Shown here one piece after another: positions 51,395-62,383 of a DNA stretch of 64,000 bases. The notes below the pieces were generated by a model, which saw only the letters and a program-made list of their open reading frames with translations, searched no databases and was not told the DNA's origin. The position numbers were made by a program, and so were the translations under genes. The DNA comes from Candidatus Latescibacterota bacterium (GTDB lineage Bacteria > Latescibacterota > UBA2968). Location: contig OZ242010.1 of the NCBI GenBank assembly GCA_965204745.1, positions 1,600,001 to 1,664,000 of the forward strand, read 5' to 3'. The stretch's first letter is position 1. Each line of letters starts with the position of its first letter.

Positions 51395-51466
51395 TTGCGG
51401 TGGTGGGGTGGTGGGTGGTAATCAGGGCCGACCGAACTGGAAAACGCCTATGCCGATACGTCTTGC

Positions 51467-51650
51467 GGCGGTAGGGCGGTGTGGGGTAATCCGCGCAATC
51501 CGCGTAATCCGTTTAATCCGCGATTCAGACACGGATGGGCGGCGGGGGATGCGAAGGACACATCGGAGGGAAACGATGAAGCGGTGGTGGGGTGGTGGGT
51601 GGTAATCCGCGTAATCCGCGTAATCCGTTTAATCCGCGATTCAGACACGG
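51467..51650. repeat. Two copies of the GTAATCCGC nonamer-based repeat
   Basis: GGTAATCCGCG(C/T)AATCCGCGTAATCCGTTTAATCCGCGATTCAGACACGG x2. Confidence 0.9.
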
Positions 51651-51765
51651 TGGTGCGGTGCCTAAACGCTGATTGCCGACACGAAATATTCTCAATTTCT
51701 CCTCCAAAATTTGGTATCTTATGGATATCCAAACGCAGTTCCACCACACTCACAGGAGGCATCCC

Positions 51766-52371
51766 TTGGCAGAAGTCAAAGCCACCAATATCGTTTGGCA
51801 CGAAAGCCAGGTTGCGCGTGAACAGCGCGAAGCCTTGCTCGACCAAAAAGGTGTGTTGATATGGCTCACCGGCTTGCCCAGCTCGGGCAAAAGCACCATC
51901 GCATTCACCGTCGAACACGCCCTGATTGAACGCGGGCGCATGGCGTATGTGCTCGACGGCGACAACATCCGCCACGGCTTGAACAAAAACCTCGGCTTCT
52001 CGGCTGAAGACCGTGCGGAAAACATCCGGCGCATCGGCGAAGTGGGCAAACTCTTTGCAGACACTGGCGTCATCACCCTCTCTAGCTTTGTCAGTCCCTA
52101 CCGTGCGGACCGCGACGGTGTGCGCGCATTGATGAATGACGAGAACTTCATCGAAGTCTTCATCGACACGCCTCTCAAGGTGTGCGAAACACGCGATCCC
52201 AAGGGTTTGTACAAAAAAGCGCGAACAGGTGAAATCCCCAATTTCACGGGCATCTCCGACCCGTACGAACCGCCTGTAAATCCCGAACTCGTCATTTACA
52301 CTGTTGACAGTACGCCGCAACAGGCCGCACGACAAATCATCACCTCGCTCGAAACGAGGGGGAATATTTAA
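51766..52371 (+). CDS. cysC: Adenylyl-sulfate kinase
   Basis: WLTGLPSSGKST, LDGDNIRHGL, ENIRRIGEV, RDPKGLY, FTGISDPYE; TTG start with AGGAGG. Confidence 0.95.
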   Translation: MAEVKATNIVWHESQVAREQREALLDQKGVLIWLTGLPSSGKSTIAFTVEHALIERGRMAYVLDGDNIRHGLNKNLGFSAEDRAENIRRIGEVGKLFADTGVITLSSFVSPYRADRDGVRALMNDENFIEVFIDTPLKVCETRDPKGLYKKARTGEIPNFTGISDPYEPPVNPELVIYTVDSTPQQAARQIITSLETRGNI

Positions 52372-52373
52372 GA

Positions 52374-52502
52374 AGTAGTCAGTGGTCAGTCCCCGCCCAA
52401 CCGCCCTTCGGTGAGACGTAAGAAGGGAGAGGGGAGACCGCCCCGCCACCCCAAGTGGTCAGTAGTCAGTGGTCAGTGGTCAGTAGTCAGTCCCCGCCCA
52501 AC
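52374..52502. repeat. Heptamer repeats (CAGTGGT/CAGTAGT) with duplicated CAGTCCCCGCCCAAC
   Basis: Directly visible; reverse-complement units also near 1158 and 20124. Confidence 0.8.
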
Positions 52503-52587
52503 ACCTCCAAAACCCGTCGCACTTCGATGAACTGCTACGGGGAGGGGCATGTTTTTTGCCCAATTTCTAAGCACGCGACCCGAGGAC

Positions 52588-53979
52588 ATGACGATGATTT
52601 ACCATCAACTCTTCGCCCAAACGGACCGCATCGTGCGCGTGGGCGTCATTGGCACCGGGCAATACGCCACCGCCCTCGTCGCGCAATCGCACGCTATCGA
52701 TCAACTCCATGTGCCCGTGGTCTGCGACACCAACTTAGACGCGGCCCAAAACGCTTTCGATCACGCGGGCTTGGATTCGGACAAAACGATCATCGCCGAC
52801 ACCGGCGAACAGGCCGCCGTTGCCATCGCACAGGGCAAATACGTCATTCTCACAGACGCCATGCAAATGATGGACTTGCCCCTCGACGTCATCGTGGAAT
52901 CCACAGGGGTCGCAAGCGCGGGCGCGAACCACGGCCTTGAAGCCATCCGACACGGCAAGCACGTCGCGATGGTCTCCAAAGAAACCGACGTCACGGTCGG
53001 CCCCATCCTCAAACACCTCGCAGACCAAGCGGGCCTGGTCTATACCGCTGTTGATGGGGACCAGCACGGCTTGCTCATGGGCCTCGTCCAGTGGGCGCGC
53101 GACCTGGGCCTCGAAGTGCTCTGCGGCGGCAAATCCCTCGATTCGGACCGCGTGTACGACCCGCAAGCCAACGCCATTGTCTGGTCCAAAGGTAGTCTCC
53201 AAATTCCAGATCGACGCATCTTTGCGGCCCAAACAGCCGAAGGCCCCTCGGCTTATGTCGCGCAACGCCGCAACATTCTCGGGCAACGCGGCGCGATTGC
53301 GGGCTACGACATCACCGAACTGACTATCGCCGCCAATGCCACCGGCCTCATCCCCGACACAGACACCCTGCATACCCCCATCGTCCGCACGGTCGAAATC
53401 CCGGAAGTGCTCGCCCCCAAAGAAGATGGCGGCATCTTGTCGCAACGCGGCGTCATCGACTGCGTCTCCTGCTTGCGCCAACAGGGTGAACCCGGCCTCG
53501 GCGGCGGGGTCTTCATCGTCGTGGCCTGCGAAAATGCGTACGCTCGGCGCATCCTCACCACCAAAGGACTCATCTCCAATCGAAAAGGTAGCGCGGCCCT
53601 CATCTACCGCCCCTATCACCTCTGCGGCGTGGAAACCCCCATCACCACCTTGGTCGCGGGCCTCTTAAACCTGCCCACGGGCGCGACCCATTACCGGCCG
53701 CGCTTTGACATTGTGGCCCGCGCAAAAGAACACCTCAAAGCCGGCGCCCAAATCGGCACGGATCACAGCACAAACCTCGACTACCTCATGCGCCCTGCCC
53801 TGCCTATCGCGGGCGACAATCCCCTGCCCTTTCACATGGCGAGTGGCAACCCCCTCCGCCGGGATGTCCCCGCGGGCGAACTCATCACCGCGAGCGCGAT
53901 CCGCGCCCAAGACGACGACCCGCTCTGGACGCTCCGCAAAAAACAGGACGCCCATTTTCTCGGACGATCCCCCGCATGA
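52588..53979 (+). CDS. NAD(P)-dependent oxidoreductase (homoserine dehydrogenase-like) with C-terminal SAF domain
   Basis: VGVIGTGQY, KETDVTVGPIL, DGDQHG, ANATGL, YRPYHLCGVET. Confidence 0.85.
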   Translation: MTMIYHQLFAQTDRIVRVGVIGTGQYATALVAQSHAIDQLHVPVVCDTNLDAAQNAFDHAGLDSDKTIIADTGEQAAVAIAQGKYVILTDAMQMMDLPLDVIVESTGVASAGANHGLEAIRHGKHVAMVSKETDVTVGPILKHLADQAGLVYTAVDGDQHGLLMGLVQWARDLGLEVLCGGKSLDSDRVYDPQANAIVWSKGSLQIPDRRIFAAQTAEGPSAYVAQRRNILGQRGAIAGYDITELTIAANATGLIPDTDTLHTPIVRTVEIPEVLAPKEDGGILSQRGVIDCVSCLRQQGEPGLGGGVFIVVACENAYARRILTTKGLISNRKGSAALIYRPYHLCGVETPITTLVAGLLNLPTGATHYRPRFDIVARAKEHLKAGAQIGTDHSTNLDYLMRPALPIAGDNPLPFHMASGNPLRRDVPAGELITASAIRAQDDDPLWTLRKKQDAHFLGRSPA

Positions 53980-54722
53980 CCTACCGTTGCCAACTCGCCC
54001 GAGGCCAACGAGGCGCGCGAGAAGCCGCACAACGCGGCGATGTCCTCGTCATAGTTGACACCCTCAGCTTCTCCACGGCTGCCATTACCGCCATCCACAA
54101 CGGCGGCGTTGTCTTTCCCCGTGCCAAAGGCGAAGACGCCGCAACCTACGCGCAGCGCGTCAATGCCGAGTGCGCCGTGGGCCGCGGCGATGTCCCCGCA
54201 AAAGGCCGGTTCTCGCTTTCCCCGCTCACCTATCTCGACATAGAACCCCAAACGCGCATCGTGCTCGCCTCGCCCAATGGCGCGACCTGCATTCGGTATG
54301 CCCCTCGCGTTCCCATCCTGCTCGTGGGCGCGTTGCTCAATGCCCGATCCGTTGCCCGCGCGCTTTCCCACATCTCGCAGACGACCGATTATGCCATCAC
54401 CATTTTGTCCTGCGGCGAACGCTATGTCGATCCCGATGCCGACGGGCCCCTGCGCTGGGCCTTGGAAGACGACCTCGGCGCAGGCGCGATCCTGTCCTAT
54501 CTCTCCTGCGAAAAATCGCCCGAAGCCCGCGCATGCGAAGGCGCGTTCATCCACCTGCGCGATGACTTAGCCACCGCGTTGACCCATTGCCCCAGCGGCC
54601 GAGAGCTCTGCGCCAGGGGCTTTGCCGCCGATGTTGCCCACGCAGCACAACTCAACTATTGCAACGCGGTACCCACAATGCGCGGCGAGCAGCTCGAAAA
54701 TCAGTGGGCACTCCACCGCTGA
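53976..54722 (+). CDS. comB: 2-phosphosulfolactate phosphatase family protein
   Basis: VIVDTLSFST, SLSP, SPNGAT, ALLNA, CGER, ALEDDLGAGAI, SGREL. Confidence 0.85.
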   Translation: MTYRCQLARGQRGAREAAQRGDVLVIVDTLSFSTAAITAIHNGGVVFPRAKGEDAATYAQRVNAECAVGRGDVPAKGRFSLSPLTYLDIEPQTRIVLASPNGATCIRYAPRVPILLVGALLNARSVARALSHISQTTDYAITILSCGERYVDPDADGPLRWALEDDLGAGAILSYLSCEKSPEARACEGAFIHLRDDLATALTHCPSGRELCARGFAADVAHAAQLNYCNAVPTMRGEQLENQWALHR

Positions 54723-54769
54723 CCTGGCGGGTACAAGGGCTGCTTCTCAAGCCCGTTCAATCGTACAGC

Positions 54770-54809
54770 AAAAAAAACCGGGTGCATCGCAAAGACGCAT
54801 CCGGTTTTT
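54770..54809. terminator. Bidirectional terminator between convergent genes
   Basis: AAAAACCGGGTGC...GCATCCGGTTTTT. Confidence 0.65.
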
Positions 54810-54840
54810 GAGTTATTTGCCGCCGCCACTATCGGCTCTG

Positions 54841-55413
54841 TCACCAAATTTCATCCAGATCGAGTTCAAACCCCCGCAAGATGGGATCGCCAAAAAGACG
54901 CGAGGGCTTTTCCAATTCTTCGACGGGCAATCCGGGCCGATACACAGAAACGCGCTGGGTATCCGGATCGATCAACCAGCCCAGACTCAGGCCATTGTCG
55001 AGATACTCCCGCATCTTCGCCTTCAAGGGGGACAAGGGATCGCTTGCCGAGCGCAATTCGATGGCAAAATCCGGACACAGCGGAATAAACTTGCGCCGCT
55101 CTGATGCGGACAATGCGTTGAGCCGCGTATATTCAATCCACGCCGCATCTGGAGAACGCACCGCGCCATTGGGCAATCGAAACCCGCCCGACGAATCAAA
55201 ACTCGCGCCTGTGCCATCGCCTTTTGCCCAAAGCCGCAACTGCATCGTGATCTCTGCATTGCGCTCGCTCGTCTCTCCGCCCGCTGGTGGCATCACAATC
55301 ATATCCCCCCGAGCATCGCGCTCGATGAAAAGGTCGCGGTTGAGTTGGCAAAACGCATAAAATTTCTCATCGCTCAACTCGAGCACGGGCTGAAAATGCA
55401 AGACGGTTTCCAT
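54841..55413 (-). CDS. Uma2 (DUF820) family endonuclease
   Basis: FDSSGGFRLPNGAVRSPDAAW, PDFAIELRS, KMREYLDNG..GWLIDP. Confidence 0.92.
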   Translation of the reverse strand: METVLHFQPVLELSDEKFYAFCQLNRDLFIERDARGDMIVMPPAGGETSERNAEITMQLRLWAKGDGTGASFDSSGGFRLPNGAVRSPDAAWIEYTRLNALSASERRKFIPLCPDFAIELRSASDPLSPLKAKMREYLDNGLSLGWLIDPDTQRVSVYRPGLPVEELEKPSRLFGDPILRGFELDLDEIW

Positions 55414-55417
55414 CGTC

Positions 55418-58096
55418 CTATCCATCCTTCAAAAAATTCCGCAGCACGGTGTGCAGAATGCCGCCATTGCGGTAGTAGTCGATCTCCACGGGGGTATCGA
55501 TCCGCACAGTCGCGGAGAATGATCGGACCTGACCCCTATCATCTGTCGCGGTCACCGTCACATCTTGCAAGGGTTGCAAATCATCGCCCAAGCCGGCAAT
55601 ACCGTACACCTCGCGCCCGGTCAGTCCCAACGAATCGGCGTTCTCGCCATCCTTAAACTGCAAGGGCAATACCCCCATCCCCACCAAATTGCTGCGGTGA
55701 ATGCGTTCAAAACTCTCCACGAGCACCGCGCGCACCCCTTGAAGTGCCGGGCCTTTGGCGGCCCAATCGCGCGACGACCCCGCGCCGTATTCCGCGCCTG
55801 CGATCACGATAGACGGCACGCCTTCCTCCACGTACCGCATCGCCGCGTCAAAAATGCTCATCTGATCGCCCGAAGGCAGGTGAACAGTCACCCCGCCCTC
55901 TGTGCCGGGCGCGAGCAAATTGCGGATGCGAATATTGGCAAAGGTGCCCCGCATCATCACCTCGTGATTCCCCCGCCGCGACCCGTAGGAATTGAAATCC
56001 TTCGGCTCGACGCCTTTTGAAATCAAATACCGCCCGGCTGGGCTATCCACCGCGATTGAACCCGCGGGCGAAATGTGATCCGTCGTCACCGAATCGCCCA
56101 ATTTTGCCAGCACGCGCGCGCCCCTGATATCGGCAATCTCGTCCAACTCGGGCGACAGGTCCATAAAAAACGGGGGTTCTTGTACATAAGTGCTCTCGGC
56201 CTGCCATGCGTAGAGATCCCCTGCTTGCCCGGCCACCGCATTCCACATCTCATTGCCATCGAACACATTGCCATAGCGCGTTTCAAACATCTCGGGTTTG
56301 AGTGCCCGCGCAATCGTCTTGGCAATCTCGTCTTGGCTCGGCCAGATATCGCGCAAAAAAACCGCCTCGCCATCGGCATCGCGCCCGAGTGGCTGCGCGG
56401 TCAAATCCACATCCACGCGCCCGGCCAGTGCGTAGGCCACGACCAGCGGCGGCGACGCCAAATAATTCGCCTTGACATGCGGATGCACGCGCCCCTCAAA
56501 ATTGCGGTTGCCACTCAACACGGACGCCGCAACGAGATCGCCTCCCTCTATCGCAGTCACCACGGGGGCGGGCAGCGGGCCGCTGTTGCCAATACACGTC
56601 GTACAGCCATACCCCACCGTGTGAAAACCCAAGCGTTCCAAATAGGGCGTCAACCCCGCCCGATCCAGATAATCCGACACCACGCGCGATCCGGGCGCGA
56701 GACTCGTCTTGACGTGGGCGCGCACGCTCAGCCCGCGGTCGACGGCTTTCTTCGCCAGCAACCCCGCCGCCACCATCACGGAGGGGTTGCTCGTATTCGT
56801 GCAACTCGTAATCGCCGCGATCACCACCGCGCCGTGCCCGATCTCGGCATTTTTCACCGCGATCTTTTGCTCGTCCAAGCCATACCCGCTGTTGCCCACG
56901 GGCGCGCGCAACGCCTCTTCAAACGCCTCTTTCATCTGCCCGAGCGCGATGCGGTCCTGCGGCCGTTTTGGCCCGGCCAAACTCGGCTCCACCGTGCCCA
57001 AATCCAGCGCGAGCACGTCTGTGAACCGCGGCTCTGGCGTGTCGTCTGTGCGAAACAACCCCTGTTCCTTGGCGTACCGCTCCACCACATCCACCGCTTT
57101 TGCCGGGCGCCCGGTGCGCCGCAAGTAGCGCAAGGTCTCGTCATCCACCGGGAAAAACCCCATTGTCGCGCCGTACTCGGGCGCCATATTCGCAATCGTC
57201 GCGCGGTCCGCCAGCCCAATACCCGTCAAGCCCGTGCCGTAAAACTCCACGAACTTGCCCACCACGCCCTTCTCGCGTAGCATCTGCACCACCGTCAACG
57301 TCAAATCCGTCGCGGTCGTTCCTTCCGGCAACTGCCCGTCCAACTTGAACCCGACCACCTCGGGCATCAGCATGTAAATCGGTTGCCCGAGCATCACGGC
57401 CTCGGCCTCGATCCCGCCCACGCCCCAACCGAGCACCCCCAGGCCATTGATCATCGTGGTGTGCGAATCCGTTCCCACCACGCTGTCCGGAAACGCCATG
57501 CCATCGCGGGCGATGACCCCCTTGCCCAGGTATTCGAGATTGACCTGATGCACGATGCCCGTCAGCGGGGGCACCACCCGGAACCGCTCGAACGCATTCG
57601 CGCCCCAGCGCAAAAACTCGTAGCGTTCCCGATTGCGCTCAAACTCGATCTCCGCATTCCGCCGCAGCGCGTCCGAATTGGCAAAACTATCGACCTGCAC
57701 CGAATGATCCACGACCAGATCCGCCGGAATCACAGGCTCGATCCGCGTGGGATCTCCACCCGCGCGCCCCAGCGCCGAACGCAGTGCCGCCAAATCCACC
57801 AGCGAGGGCACACCCGTAAAATCTTGCAACACCACGCGCGCGGGCTTAAACGGTATCTCGATGGCCTCCGGATCTGCGGCCCGCCAATTCGCCAACGCGC
57901 GCACATCTTCCTCGCGCACCTGATACCCGTCCAAATGGCGCAGCGCGGCCTCGAGCAATACGCGCACGGAAAACGGCAACCCCGACACGGGCCCAACGCC
58001 ATCGCCTTCCAGCCTGTCCAACCGAAAAATTGCGAGATCGCCCGCCTGTGTCGGCAGCGTATCGCGCGTATTCAAAGGATTATGGGGTTCAGTCAT
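55418..58096 (-). CDS. acnA: Aconitate hydratase A
   Basis: [63 protein letters not shown]. Confidence 0.97.
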   Translation of the reverse strand: MTEPHNPLNTRDTLPTQAGDLAIFRLDRLEGDGVGPVSGLPFSVRVLLEAALRHLDGYQVREEDVRALANWRAADPEAIEIPFKPARVVLQDFTGVPSLVDLAALRSALGRAGGDPTRIEPVIPADLVVDHSVQVDSFANSDALRRNAEIEFERNRERYEFLRWGANAFERFRVVPPLTGIVHQVNLEYLGKGVIARDGMAFPDSVVGTDSHTTMINGLGVLGWGVGGIEAEAVMLGQPIYMLMPEVVGFKLDGQLPEGTTATDLTLTVVQMLREKGVVGKFVEFYGTGLTGIGLADRATIANMAPEYGATMGFFPVDDETLRYLRRTGRPAKAVDVVERYAKEQGLFRTDDTPEPRFTDVLALDLGTVEPSLAGPKRPQDRIALGQMKEAFEEALRAPVGNSGYGLDEQKIAVKNAEIGHGAVVIAAITSCTNTSNPSVMVAAGLLAKKAVDRGLSVRAHVKTSLAPGSRVVSDYLDRAGLTPYLERLGFHTVGYGCTTCIGNSGPLPAPVVTAIEGGDLVAASVLSGNRNFEGRVHPHVKANYLASPPLVVAYALAGRVDVDLTAQPLGRDADGEAVFLRDIWPSQDEIAKTIARALKPEMFETRYGNVFDGNEMWNAVAGQAGDLYAWQAESTYVQEPPFFMDLSPELDEIADIRGARVLAKLGDSVTTDHISPAGSIAVDSPAGRYLISKGVEPKDFNSYGSRRGNHEVMMRGTFANIRIRNLLAPGTEGGVTVHLPSGDQMSIFDAAMRYVEEGVPSIVIAGAEYGAGSSRDWAAKGPALQGVRAVLVESFERIHRSNLVGMGVLPLQFKDGENADSLGLTGREVYGIAGLGDDLQPLQDVTVTATDDRGQVRSFSATVRIDTPVEIDYYRNGGILHTVLRNFLKDG

Positions 58097-58382
58097 AAAT
58101 CGGTTCCTTTCCGATGATTTGTTTCCACGGATTTCAAAAAAATACAGCCTCACCGCGTAACGTCAACCAAAAAGAAATACCAAATTCACCTCTGTTTAAT
58201 GATGCGGAAATAATTTGACCCTAATTTTGTGCCCGTCATAAACCCGCGTATCGCCGTTCGGAACAACGGATTGGGGAACCGTTCGTTTCGCCGCAACTGA
58301 AAGGAGGCGCTCGATTGACCATCCCCACAGAAGTGAGTTTGCGATATTGTCCAACACAGCACCGATCTGGAGGAACACACGC

Positions 58383-59648
58383 ATGAAAAAATCGTCATTT
58401 GTCATTGTTGCCCTGTTGCTCGCGATGGGGCTTTCCGTCCGCGCAGACGATCACGCAACCGTCAAACTCGGCGTCCTGCACTCCCTCAGCGGAACCATGG
58501 CCATCTCCGAGGTCTCCTTGCGCGATGTCGTGCTCATGGCCGTTGAAGAAATCAATGCCAGCGGCGGCGTGCTCGGCAAGCAAATCGATCCCGTCGTCGT
58601 GGATCCGGCATCCGACTGGGACTTGTTCGCCGAAAAATCCAAAGAACTCCTGCGGGAAAAGGAGGTCGCCGTCACCTTTGGGTGCTGGACTTCTGTCTCG
58701 CGCAAATCCGTTTTGCCGGTCTTTGAAGAAAGCAATGGCCTGCTCTTTTACCCGGTTCAGTACGAAGGCGAAGAATGCTCGCGCAACATCATCTACACCG
58801 GCGCCACGCCCAATCAGCAACTCATTCCCGCCGCTGACTATCTGATGAGCGAAGAAGGGGGTGGGTACGAGAAATTTTACCTGCTCGGCACGGATTACGT
58901 CTTCCCGCGCACCGCAAACAAAATTCTCCGCGCTTTCCTGCTGCACAAAGGCGTGCCAGAGGAAAACATCATCGAGGAATACACGCCCTTTCACCATCAG
59001 GACTACCAGACCATCGTGCAAAAAATCAAACGCTTTGCCGCCGATGGCGACGCGGCGGTCCTCTCCACCATCAACGGCGACTCCAACGTGCCGTTCTACA
59101 AGGAATTTGCCAACCAAGGACTCACCTCGGCCATGTGCCCCATCATGGCATTTTCCGTCGCCGAAGACGAATTGCGCTCCATGGACACGGAATTTCTCGT
59201 GGGCCACCTCGCCGCGTGGAACTACTTCCAATCCATCCCCACCGCAGAAAACCGCGCCTTTGTCAAAAAGTTCAAAGACTACTGCGCGGCAAAAGGGTTG
59301 CCCGGCGGGGCCAGGCGCGTGACCGACGACCCCATCGTGTGGTCTTACGTGGGGGTTTATCTGTGGAAAGCCGCAGTGGAAAAGGCCGGCTCCTTTGCCG
59401 TTGATGCCGTGCGCCCCGCGCTCTACAGCCTCGGATTCGACGGGCCGGGCGGCACCGTCATGATAGACGCAAAAAACCACCACCTGCACAAACCCGTGCT
59501 GATCGGCGAAATCCGCAAAAACGGCCAATTCAAAATCGTCTATGAAACAGATGGCCTCGTCGCCCCGGACCCGTGGGACGACATCACGAGTGCGGACAAA
59601 GACTGCGATCACGTCAACCACATGGGAACCTACACCCTCAAACCGTAA
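58383..59648 (+). CDS. urtA: Urea/amide ABC transporter substrate-binding protein
   Basis: LHSLSGTMAISE, DPASDW, FGCWTSVSRK, YPVQYEG, GTDYVFPRT. Confidence 0.92.
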   Translation: MKKSSFVIVALLLAMGLSVRADDHATVKLGVLHSLSGTMAISEVSLRDVVLMAVEEINASGGVLGKQIDPVVVDPASDWDLFAEKSKELLREKEVAVTFGCWTSVSRKSVLPVFEESNGLLFYPVQYEGEECSRNIIYTGATPNQQLIPAADYLMSEEGGGYEKFYLLGTDYVFPRTANKILRAFLLHKGVPEENIIEEYTPFHHQDYQTIVQKIKRFAADGDAAVLSTINGDSNVPFYKEFANQGLTSAMCPIMAFSVAEDELRSMDTEFLVGHLAAWNYFQSIPTAENRAFVKKFKDYCAAKGLPGGARRVTDDPIVWSYVGVYLWKAAVEKAGSFAVDAVRPALYSLGFDGPGGTVMIDAKNHHLHKPVLIGEIRKNGQFKIVYETDGLVAPDPWDDITSADKDCDHVNHMGTYTLKP

Positions 59649-59699
59649 AGACTCGGCCGGGCAACGCGCTCGCCCGGCCCCATTCAACAGGAGAAAACC

Positions 59700-60629
59700 A
59701 TGAAAAAACTGCTGCTGATTTTCGCGCTCACGGCATTTCTCGCCACCCCGTCAGTTGCACAAATCAAAATTACCGACAACCTCACAGTGACGGGTTTTTT
59801 CGACATGTCGTCGACCTACGACACGGGGTCTAAAGACAATACCCTGTCCTTCGATCAATTCGAAGTCGATTTTCTCTACGATTACGGCCATGGCATCACG
59901 GCCCGAGCCGACATCAACAGCCTCAGCGGCGGCTCTGTCGATCTCGAGCAGGCGTTTGTCACGTACAAAGCACCCAATGGCTTCAGCATCACGGGCGGCA
60001 AATTTCTGAGTTGCTCGGGTTGGGAAACCGCAGAACCCACGGGGCTATATCAGTACTCCTACTCTGCAACCCTCGTCTATGGCGGGTATCAAAACGGCGC
60101 TGCCGCGAGTTTTGGCAATGGCAAAATCGGCTTTTTTGGATCGGTGGTCTCCAGCGTCTGGGATGGCAACGACACCAGCTTTGACGACTTGGGTTTTGAA
60201 ACGCAAATCATTTTGACCCCCTCTGAAGCCATCACCGCCAAAGTCGCCTACCTCTGGGAAGACATGGTCGTCGAAGACGAGGACACGGGCGCGACGACCG
60301 CTTTTAACCAGTCCCTCATCAATGCTTGGGCCATGTATGCCACGGGCCCTGTCACCCTGGCCGCCGAATACAATTATCTGACGAACTGGGGCGCCAAAGA
60401 CAACGACGGCCATGGCTATATTTTGATGGGCAACCTGGCCGTATCTGACAAAATCGCCGCCACGGTGCGTTACAGCGGCATAGACACGGACGACGAGGAC
60501 AAGTTCACGGAAATCACCTTCAGCCCCAGCTACAGCATCACCGACAACTGGGGTATTCTGGCCGAACTGCGCCGCAATATCGACGAAAAAGTGACCGAGG
60601 TTGCTTTTGAATCCATATTCTCGTTCTAA
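59700..60629 (+). CDS. Outer-membrane beta-barrel porin within the urt operon
   Basis: Signal peptide, DQFEVDF, LEQAFVTY, GWETAEPTGLYQYS, terminal Phe. Confidence 0.8.
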   Translation: MKKLLLIFALTAFLATPSVAQIKITDNLTVTGFFDMSSTYDTGSKDNTLSFDQFEVDFLYDYGHGITARADINSLSGGSVDLEQAFVTYKAPNGFSITGGKFLSCSGWETAEPTGLYQYSYSATLVYGGYQNGAAASFGNGKIGFFGSVVSSVWDGNDTSFDDLGFETQIILTPSEAITAKVAYLWEDMVVEDEDTGATTAFNQSLINAWAMYATGPVTLAAEYNYLTNWGAKDNDGHGYILMGNLAVSDKIAATVRYSGIDTDDEDKFTEITFSPSYSITDNWGILAELRRNIDEKVTEVAFESIFSF

Positions 60630-60643
60630 ACCTCGTCCCAATC

Positions 60644-60690
60644 GGGACCTACCCCCTTCCGCGCTCGCAGGAGGGGGCAGGTCCCACCTC
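60644..60690. repeat. Single REP-like hairpin of the family at 42.5-43.5 kb
   Basis: GGGACCTACCCCCTTCC..GGAGGGGGCAGGTCCCACCTC. Confidence 0.7.
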
Positions 60691-60697
60691 AAAACGC

Positions 60698-62383
60698 ATG
60701 AAAACAAAACGCCACAAATTTTTGCGCGCGGTCTGCATCATCGCTGTCGCCCTCATCTCGGGCATGCAGTCCATCCAGGCGCAATCGGATCACCACCTGC
60801 AACTCGGGCGCATCGCCAGCAACGACCGCGACAGCATCACAACCGCCGTCAAAGCCATTGCCGAACGGGACAACGCGAATTATTACGCCCTGATGATCGC
60901 GCTCTTCAACGGCGAACTCTATCTGAAAAATGGCGCACTCGTCATCGTGGGCGACTTGCGAGAAGACGATTACGGCGACAGCTTCGCCCCGCTCTACACC
61001 GCATATCCCCAACGCCAGCCCATTCCAACCGCCGATGGCAACCCCCTCATCGCCCCCCTGATCGACCTCGAAGAAATCGACAGCAACCGCCGCATCCGCG
61101 CCCTCATCCAACCCTATCTCACCCGCATGGAAATTTTTCATCCGGACCCCGTCAAGCGGCGCATTGCAGCCGAAACCCTCGGCAATCGCGGCGGCCCCAG
61201 CGCGATCCCCACCTTGCGCGCTGCCCTCGAAAAAGAGGCCGACAGCAGCATTCAAAACCTCATCCGCGTCGCCTTGGGCAAACGCGAACTCACCAGCGAA
61301 AACCCCGACATTCGCCTCAACGCGGCGAAAACCCTAAGAGAACTCGACAACACATTCGTCCTGTCCTTTCTCCGCGGGCGCGTCGAACCCGACGCCAATG
61401 GCGCCATCGCCGAACCCCATCCCGAGGTCCAAGGCGAAATTCGCAAAACCATCCAGTGGCTCGAAACCCTCGAGCAAATCCTGGTCGTCATCCAAACCAC
61501 CTTTGTCGGCATCAGCCTGGGGTCCATCCTCATCCTGATCGGCCTGGGGTTGGCGGTCATCTACGGGCAGATCGGCATCATCAACATGGCGCACGGCGAA
61601 TTTATGATGGTCGGGGCGTATTTCACATTCATCGTCCAAAATATATGCCTCATCGTCCTCCCCCCTGCGTACATCGACTTGTTCTTTCTCCTGTCCCTCC
61701 CCATTGCCTTTCTCGCCGCAGGCAGCATGGGCTTGCTCGTCGAAACCGCGGTCATTCGCCACCTCTACAACCGCCCCCTCGAAAGCCTGCTCGCCACATG
61801 GGGCATCAGCCTCATCCTCATCCAACTCGCCCGCACGATATTCGGCGACCTCACCGCCGTCAAACTGCCCCAAATACTCAGCGGCGGCTTTGAAGTGGCC
61901 CCCCAAGTCATCCTGCCCTACAACCGCCTCTTCATCATCGGATTCACCTGCCTCATCCTCATCGCCCTGATCGCCTTATTTTTCAAAACGCGCTTTGGCC
62001 TCCGCCTGCGCGCCGTCACGCAAAACCGCGAGATGAGCGCGTGCATGGGCATTCCCACCCGCCGCGTGGACGCTATCGCTTTCTTCGTCGGCACGGGCAT
62101 CGCCGGCGTCGCCGGATGGGCCATGACCCTGATTGGCAATGTCGTACCCAACATGGGACAGACTTATATCGTGGATGCGTTTTTGGTCGTCGTCGTAGGC
62201 GGCGTGGGCAAAATTTTAGGCGCTGTTGTCGCCGGACTCGGCATTGGCATTTCCAACAAAATCATCGAACCCTTTGCCGAAGCCGTCTATGCCAAAGTGC
62301 TCATCTTGGGCCTCATCATCCTCTTCTTGCAACTGCGCCCCACCGGCATCTTTCCCGCAAAAGGCAGACGCGAAGATGAGTAA
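60698..62383 (+). CDS. urtB: Urea ABC permease UrtB with N-terminal HEAT-like extension
   Basis: GLAVIYGQIGIINMAHGEFMMVGAY, RPLESLLATWG, FLVVVVGGVG. Confidence 0.92.
   Translation: MKTKRHKFLRAVCIIAVALISGMQSIQAQSDHHLQLGRIASNDRDSITTAVKAIAERDNANYYALMIALFNGELYLKNGALVIVGDLREDDYGDSFAPLYTAYPQRQPIPTADGNPLIAPLIDLEEIDSNRRIRALIQPYLTRMEIFHPDPVKRRIAAETLGNRGGPSAIPTLRAALEKEADSSIQNLIRVALGKRELTSENPDIRLNAAKTLRELDNTFVLSFLRGRVEPDANGAIAEPHPEVQGEIRKTIQWLETLEQILVVIQTTFVGISLGSILILIGLGLAVIYGQIGIINMAHGEFMMVGAYFTFIVQNICLIVLPPAYIDLFFLLSLPIAFLAAGSMGLLVETAVIRHLYNRPLESLLATWGISLILIQLARTIFGDLTAVKLPQILSGGFEVAPQVILPYNRLFIIGFTCLILIALIALFFKTRFGLRLRAVTQNREMSACMGIPTRRVDAIAFFVGTGIAGVAGWAMTLIGNVVPNMGQTYIVDAFLVVVVGGVGKILGAVVAGLGIGISNKIIEPFAEAVYAKVLILGLIILFLQLRPTGIFPAKGRREDE

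Noticed and set aside
51766-54722. Coenzyme M/sulfonate pathway from cysC plus comB
   Set aside because: No comA or comC; ComB-like proteins are widespread and cysC is separated by a repeat-filled gap
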